A program made the position numbers and the translations under genes. A stretch of 64,000 nucleotides of DNA. Origin: Auanema rhodensis. Taxonomy: Eukaryota > Animalia > Nematoda. Each line of letters starts with the position of its first letter. Position 1 is the stretch's first letter. The stretch spans positions 2,728,001 to 2,792,000 of the forward strand of contig OZ059899.1 in NCBI GenBank assembly GCA_964057225.1, in the 5' to 3' direction. Below the pieces are notes generated by a model that saw only the letters and a list, made by a program, of their open reading frames with translations, did no database searches and was not told the DNA's origin. This document shows positions 59,401-64,000 of this stretch, piece by piece.

Positions 59401-61442
59401 AAATTTTTCGAAAAAATTTTTGTCAAAATGTTTTTGGAAGCAATGTTGAGTGTACATGGAAACTCAACATACACTAATGCATCATTTTTCAAACGATCAT
59501 AACTAATTTTTGTATCAAGCGTTTTTCAATGTAGTATAGTGCATTCGATGCGGATTTTTAAGCTGCGTCGATCTGTGTTATCAGATTTGCGCTAGCTTAA
59601 AAATGCACCGAGATATCAACTGATATAAGTTCACACTTATATCCTCGATTTTCACCCTGAAGAATTAATTTTTTCGTTGAATAACATTGTCCATCGTCTT
59701 TGCCTTGAAAAAAGGAATCTAAAAACATCTACTTTTTGCTAAATTATTTTGAAATTTTTCGAAAAAATTTTTGTCAAAATGTTTTTGGAAGCAATGTTGA
59801 GTTGAGTGTACATGGAAACTCAACATACACTAATGCATCATTTTTCAAACGATCATAACTAATTTTTGTATCAAGCGTTTCTCAATGTAGTATAGTGCAT
59901 TCGATGCGGATTTTTAAGCTGCGTCGATCTGTGTTATCAGATTTGCGCTAGCTTAAAAATGCACCGAGATATCAACTGATATAAGTTCACACTTATATCC
60001 TCGATTTTCACCCTGAAGAATTAATTTTTTCGTTGAATAACATTGTCCATCGTCTTTGCCTTGTAAAATGGAATCTAAAAACATCTACTTTTTGCTAAAT
60101 TATTTTGAAATTTTTCGAAAAAATTTTTGTCAAAATGTTTTTGGAAGCAATGTTGAGTGTACATGGAAACTCAACATACACTAATGCATCATTTTTCAAA
60201 CGATCATAACTAATTTTTGTATCAAGCGTTTCTCAATGTAGTATAGTGCATTCTATGCGGATTTTTAAGCTGCGTCGATTTGTGTTATCAGATTTGCGCT
60301 AGCTTAAAAATGCACCGAGATATCAACTGATATAAGTTCACACTTATATCCTCGATTTTCACCCTGAAGAATTAATTTTTTCGTTGAATAACATTGTCTA
60401 TCGTCTTTGCCTTGAAAAATGGAATCTAAAAACATCTACTTTTTGCTAAATTATTTTGAAATTTTTCGAAAAAATTTTTGTCAAAATGTTTTTGGAAGCA
60501 ATGTTGAGTGTACATGGAAACTCAACATACACTAATGCATCATTTTTCAAACGATCATAACTAATTTTTGTATCAAGCGTTTCTCAATGTAGTATAGTGC
60601 ATTCGATGCGGATTTTTAAGCTGCGTCGATCTGTGTTATCAGATTTGCGCTAGCTTAAAAATGCACCGAGATATCAACTGATATAAGTTCACACTTATAT
60701 CCTCGATTTTCACCCTGAAGAATTAATTTTTTCGTTGAATAACATTGTCCATCGTCTTTGCCTTGAAAAAAGGAATCTAAAAACATCTACTTTTTGCTAA
60801 ATTATTTTGAAATTTTTCGAAAAAATTTTTGTCAAAATGTTTTTGGAAGCAATGTTGAGTTGAGTGTACATGGAAACTCAACATACACTAATGCATCATT
60901 TTTCAAACGATCATAACTAATTTTTGTATCAAGCGTTTCTCAATGTAGTATAGTGCATTCGATGCGGATTTTTAAGCTGCGTCGATCTGTGTTATCAGAT
61001 TTGCGCTAGCTTAAAATTGCACCGAGATATCAACTGATATAAGTTCACACTTATATCCTCGATTTTCACCCTGAAGAATTATTTTTTTCGTTGAACAACA
61101 TTGTCCATCGTCTTTGCCTTGAAAAATGGAATCTAAAAACATCTACTTTTTGCTAAATTATTTTGAAATTTTTCGAAAAAATTTTTGTCAAAATGTTTTT
61201 GGAAGCAATGTTGAGTGTACATGGAAACTCAACATACACTAATGCATCATTTTTCAAACGATCATAACTAATTTTTGTATTAAGCGTTTCTCAATGTAGT
61301 ATAGTGCACTCGATGCGGATTTTTAAGCTGCGTCGATCTGTGTTCTCAGATTTGCGCTAGCTTAAAAATGCACCGAGATATCAACTGATATAAGTTCACA
61401 CTTATATCCTCGATTTTCACCCTGAAGAATTAATTTTTTCGT
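56499..61442. repeat. Terminal domain built mostly from a 707-bp dimer (356-bp monomer with a 5-bp duplication plus a GAACAAC monomer)
   Basis: GTTGAGTTGAGT is at 56617, 57324, 58382, 59089, 59796 and 60854. AAACCATCT near 56902 and 58667 is offset by 1765 = 5x351+10. Confidence 0.9.
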
Positions 61443-61579
61443 TGAATAACATTGTCCATCGTCTTTGCCTTGAAAAATGGAATCTAAAAACATCTACTTT
61501 TTGCTAAATTATTTTGAAATTTTTCGAAAAAATTTTTGTCAAAATGTTTTTGGAAGCAATGTTGAGTGTACATGGAAAC

Positions 61580-61930
61580 TGTTAAGAAATGAGAATATTG
61601 TTAAATAGATTGATTATAGAATATTATGAATGATATTTATAACAACAAAATATCATTGAAAATAACATTTAGAAACGATTGGATTCAATTACGATGAAAG
61701 AAAAAGAAGATAAAATTGGTCTTCAAAAGAATGCTCCCTTGACAACGAAACTACCGTAATCATCTTTTGCAACCAAATTCATAATTTTGGCCTAAAAATT
61801 GTATTGTTGTTTTTTCGAAATAAGAAAAAGGCAGTTTGGGATTCTGTTTTCATTTTTTGTTTGATTATTTCTATTTTTTTTATAATAAATCGTTTGCTTA
61901 TTTGATCTTTTTGTTTCCTCTAATATAACT
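61580..61930 (+). repeat. 5' LTR (351 bp), TGTTA...TAACT
   Basis: Starts with TG at the satellite junction and ends immediately before the PBS. GTTA/TAAC form a terminal inverted repeat and there is an internal AATAAA. The partner 3' LTR is not visible, so the ends could be off by 1-2 bp. Confidence 0.8.
61884..61889 (+). promoter_or_regulatory. Putative polyadenylation signal AATAAA in the LTR
   Basis: AATAAA lies about 40 nt before the LTR end and is followed by a T-rich tract. The AT-rich context lowers its specificity. Confidence 0.5.
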
Positions 61931-61945
61931 TGGGGGCCGAACTGG
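61931..61945 (+). promoter_or_regulatory. Primer-binding site, tRNA-Pro type: TGGGGGCCGAACTGG
   Basis: A GC-rich motif starting with TGG directly after the LTR. TGGGGGC is the tRNA-Pro PBS signature (MLV: TGGGGGCTCG). The CGAAC continuation is complementary to the C. elegans tRNA-Pro 3' end as I recall it (...CCGGTTCGGCCC-CCA). Confidence 0.85.
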
Positions 61946-62437
61946 TTGTTCAGTTTTTTTTTCGTATTAGTCTGGGTTAAGCGAATAGCTTATACAACCC
62001 TTAATCGAATAGATTCTGGTGGTTTAGTCACTGCTACCCAAATCGGGTTCTGTTTATAGTTTGCCAATTTTATTTAGTCTAACTAAATAAGAAAGGAAAA
62101 TTATAGATTGTTATTGGTTTCAATAGCTCATCAAAGTTTTGTACTGTGGTTACGCATTGTATCCGAGTATATTTACGAGTTATTGGAATTGATAAGATCT
62201 GGTGCTAGTGTTTAGGTAGAAAAATTTTTTTCGGAATTTTCTACCAGAGACATCTCATCATTGTAAACAGAACTTGAGTAGTAGTAAGATTACTGAACAC
62301 AGATCTATTAGATTGATACAATTTGCTTATCAGATTGTTCTGATTATTAATTCTAAATACTAGAATTCGATCATAAAATTCCTGCATTAGCAAAATTATT
62401 TTGTTTGTAGAGATTCGTATAGCAGTGCCTATTCGAG

Positions 62438-62638
62438 ATGTCGATTGAGAACGAAACGTTTGAAACAGAACAACTCTGTGAAATGGATTTCGAAAATGTG
62501 TTTTCTGAGGTAATCCTTAATTCATTAGTGAATCAAACATTTAAGGCTTTGGAGCCTTATAATGAAATGATATATAAAGAGTTCCTAGAAAAAATCAGAA
62601 ACGCTACTGAAAAAAAAGAACTGAACAAAGAATACTAA
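62438..62638 (+). CDS. 66-aa ORF, probably the N-terminus of gag, separated from the main ORF by a frameshift at the A8 run 62610-62617
   Basis: From the ORF track. It overlaps the start of the long -1 frame ORF by 28 nt. One extra A gives the continuous reading ...IRNATEKKRTEQRILK.... Confidence 0.65.
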   Translation: MSIENETFETEQLCEMDFENVFSEVILNSLVNQTFKALEPYNEMIYKEFLEKIRNATEKKELNKEY

Positions 62639-63999
62639 AAACCCGCAATTTAGTGAAAAGTAACCTAAAAAGCGAGATTAGAAAAGGAAAAACTTGGGAA
62701 TTTGTTCATTCAATGCTATTAGTGATGAACAACGAAGGTCTGAAAAAACCTTCAGATCTTAGTGATGTTTTAAAGATCAGTAAGAAACGAGCGGAAATAA
62801 TTAAAGACATAACAGATAACTTCCAACTCAATGAGAATAATATAGTGCAAGAGTTACTTGTTATTCATGAAACTGTGAAAACTTTATGTGATACTTTCGA
62901 TTGTAATCTAAAAGAATTGCAACAGAGAATAAGTAACAGTTGGCAATTTCAGAAATCAAGCTTGAATCAAGAAGATACTGAAACAGCCATGGCAGAAATG
63001 ATTTTGGATGAGCGAACTAGAGGTAATTCTGTTGAGAGTGCTGAACTCAAAACAAAAATTAAGGAGCGAACAGTGAGAACACACTCCAAGGAAATAGTGG
63101 AAATGGAACCAAATCAACAGGACCAACACTATCCATACAACTTCAGGGGTACGTCACCTTTACATTATGCTGGATTAAATGCGCAAAACGACGCGTTGTT
63201 AGAGATGATAAGAGCACAAATGTTACCTGATGTTCCTTATTTTTCTAACGACTCGTTGGAAAAATGGAATCAGTTCATTGAAAGTTTCAATCTCAAGTAT
63301 CCAAAAGGTACTCTGACGGCCAGTAGTCGGAAGATGCTGTTCGTTGATAAGCTAAAAGGAGAAGCACGAGACAGATACGACGAACTGCCAGAAACAATTA
63401 GAGAGAGTTCGTTAGAAGTTATCATTGAAGAACTTCATAAACAGAGAGTGTGTGTTAAACGAACGAGCAGATTAGATGCTATTTCTTCGCTCAAAACTTT
63501 ACAGTACAATAGTAACAAAACACTGATTGTTTTCTGTAAAAAACTGGAAGAGACCTCAAGAAAAGCGTACCCAGAATTTCCTACAAGGAAATTATCGTTT
63601 TTAAGAGCCCAGATGCTCTATGAAGCACTCAGAGATTGTTCATGCGCTATTCATCTATTAGAAACCATAGAGAAAAGCGAAGAAGATTTGGTCTATGAAA
63701 AAGTTAAAGAGATAGCGTTACGCTGCGAAAGAAATAAACGTGTTTATGATGAACAGCGAGAGAAAGGGAGAAATTCAAACAGAATTTTACCTAAGCTCAG
63801 ATATGAAAAAAACCATATCGATACGAATAATTATTACACAAATGATCGGAATAGGTACGTGGGCGGAATTAGAGAACCTCCAAGTAGGAGAGAAATAATT
63901 TGCTACATATGTAACAAAAAAGGCCATTCAGCAGCACAATGCTTTGAGAGGAAGAAACCTTCCAACAACTATCCTAAACGAATAGAGAATGTTGAAAAG
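62611..63999 (+). CDS. gag: Retrotransposon Gag (or Gag-Pol N-terminus), partial; 463 codons open to the window end, first in-frame ATG at 62713
   Basis: Manual translation finds no stop after the TGA at 62608-62610. Capsid-like segments are LPDVPYFSNDSLEKWNQFIESF...LFVDKLKGEARDRYDELP and LKTLQYNSNKTLIVFCKKLEETSRKAYP. These are followed by a basic, Asn-rich linker and CYICNKKGHSAAQC. Confidence 0.9.
63901..63942 (+). other. CCHC zinc knuckle (C-X2-C-X4-H-X4-C), nucleocapsid domain
   Basis: Translates as CYICNKKGHSAAQC. Confidence 0.95.
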
Positions 64000-64000
64000 C

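Larger units (their letters stand above)
1..61579. repeat. Tandem satellite array, 351-bp monomer, 175 complete copies plus a partial copy; probably continues to the left of the window
   Basis: TGAATAACATTGTC recurs at 1, 352, 703 ... 4213, then at 4551 after a 13-bp deletion, then every 351 bp to 56499. After that, 351- and 356-bp units run to the last start at 61443. Copies differ by only a few substitutions. The ORF track has no ORF here. Confidence 0.99.
61580..64000 (+). mobile_element. 5' part of an LTR retrotransposon, Ty3/gypsy-type (nematode Cer-like), inserted in the satellite and truncated by the window end
   Basis: Abrupt junction CATGGAAAC|TGTTAAG, then LTR, PBS, leader and gag with a CCHC knuckle in canonical order. 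The superfamily is inferred from the gag motifs, single visible knuckle and Pro PBS; pol is not in the window. Confidence 0.9.

Noticed and set aside
1-61579. CRISPR array or other repeat-spacer system
   Set aside because: The whole 351-bp unit repeats, with no unique spacers and no cas genes.
1-61579. Tandem RNA gene cluster (5S rRNA, spliced leader, tRNA, snRNA) or repeated coding unit
   Set aside because: I recognise no such RNA sequence on either strand. Although 351 is divisible by 3, the ORF track reports nothing in the array. An Infernal/Rfam scan would be the formal test.
61580-61930. Satellite derived from the LTR, or the reverse
   Set aside because: Only short AT-rich words are shared (AATAACATT, TTTTTCGAAA). 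They are about 155 bp apart in the LTR and about 80 bp apart in the monomer, so they are not collinear.
62395-62412. Possible splice or trans-splice acceptor TTTGTAG 27 nt before ATG 62438
   Set aside because: It is a poor match to the nematode TTTTCAG consensus in T-rich sequence, and cannot be supported without transcript data.
62438-62638. The 66-aa ORF as an independent small gene
   Set aside because: It sits where gag should start and joins the long gag frame with a single-base change in a homopolymer run.
62636-62653. Stop-codon readthrough linking the short ORF to gag
   Set aside because: A second in-frame stop (TAG, 62651-62653) follows, and gag is in a different frame.
63259-63271. 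13-bp match GAAAAATGGAATC between gag and the satellite monomer
   Set aside because: It is short, A-rich and isolated, and lies within codons for EKWNQ, so it is compatible with chance.

Overview
This is eukaryotic repetitive DNA, probably from a nematode (inferred from the primer-binding site). Bases 1-61579 are one head-to-tail array of a 351-bp satellite, about 31% GC by hand count. It has 175 complete monomers plus a partial one; one monomer carries a 13-bp deletion and six carry a 5-bp duplication. The monomer has four dyad or hairpin elements. Diagnostic SNPs show higher-order repeats whose period changes along the array (3-, 9-, 5-, 6- and 2-mer units, plus longer blocks copied at 15- and 20-monomer offsets). 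At 61580 the array is interrupted mid-monomer by the 5' end of a Ty3/gypsy-type (Cer-like) LTR retrotransposon. This consists of a 5' LTR (TGTTA...TAACT), a tRNA-Pro PBS, a leader of about 490 nt, and a gag gene with capsid-like motifs and a CCHC zinc knuckle that runs off the window. The supplied 66-aa ORF looks like the gag N-terminus, joined to the long ORF by a -1 shift in an A8 run. The ORF track missed the long ORF, presumably because it has no stop in the window. Two observations stand out. The LTR is 351 bp, the same length as the satellite monomer, with no visible sequence homology. All structural lesions in the array, including the insertion, fall in one 40-bp window around a monomer hairpin. 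Both may be coincidence and need genome-wide checks. All counts and coordinates were made by eye.
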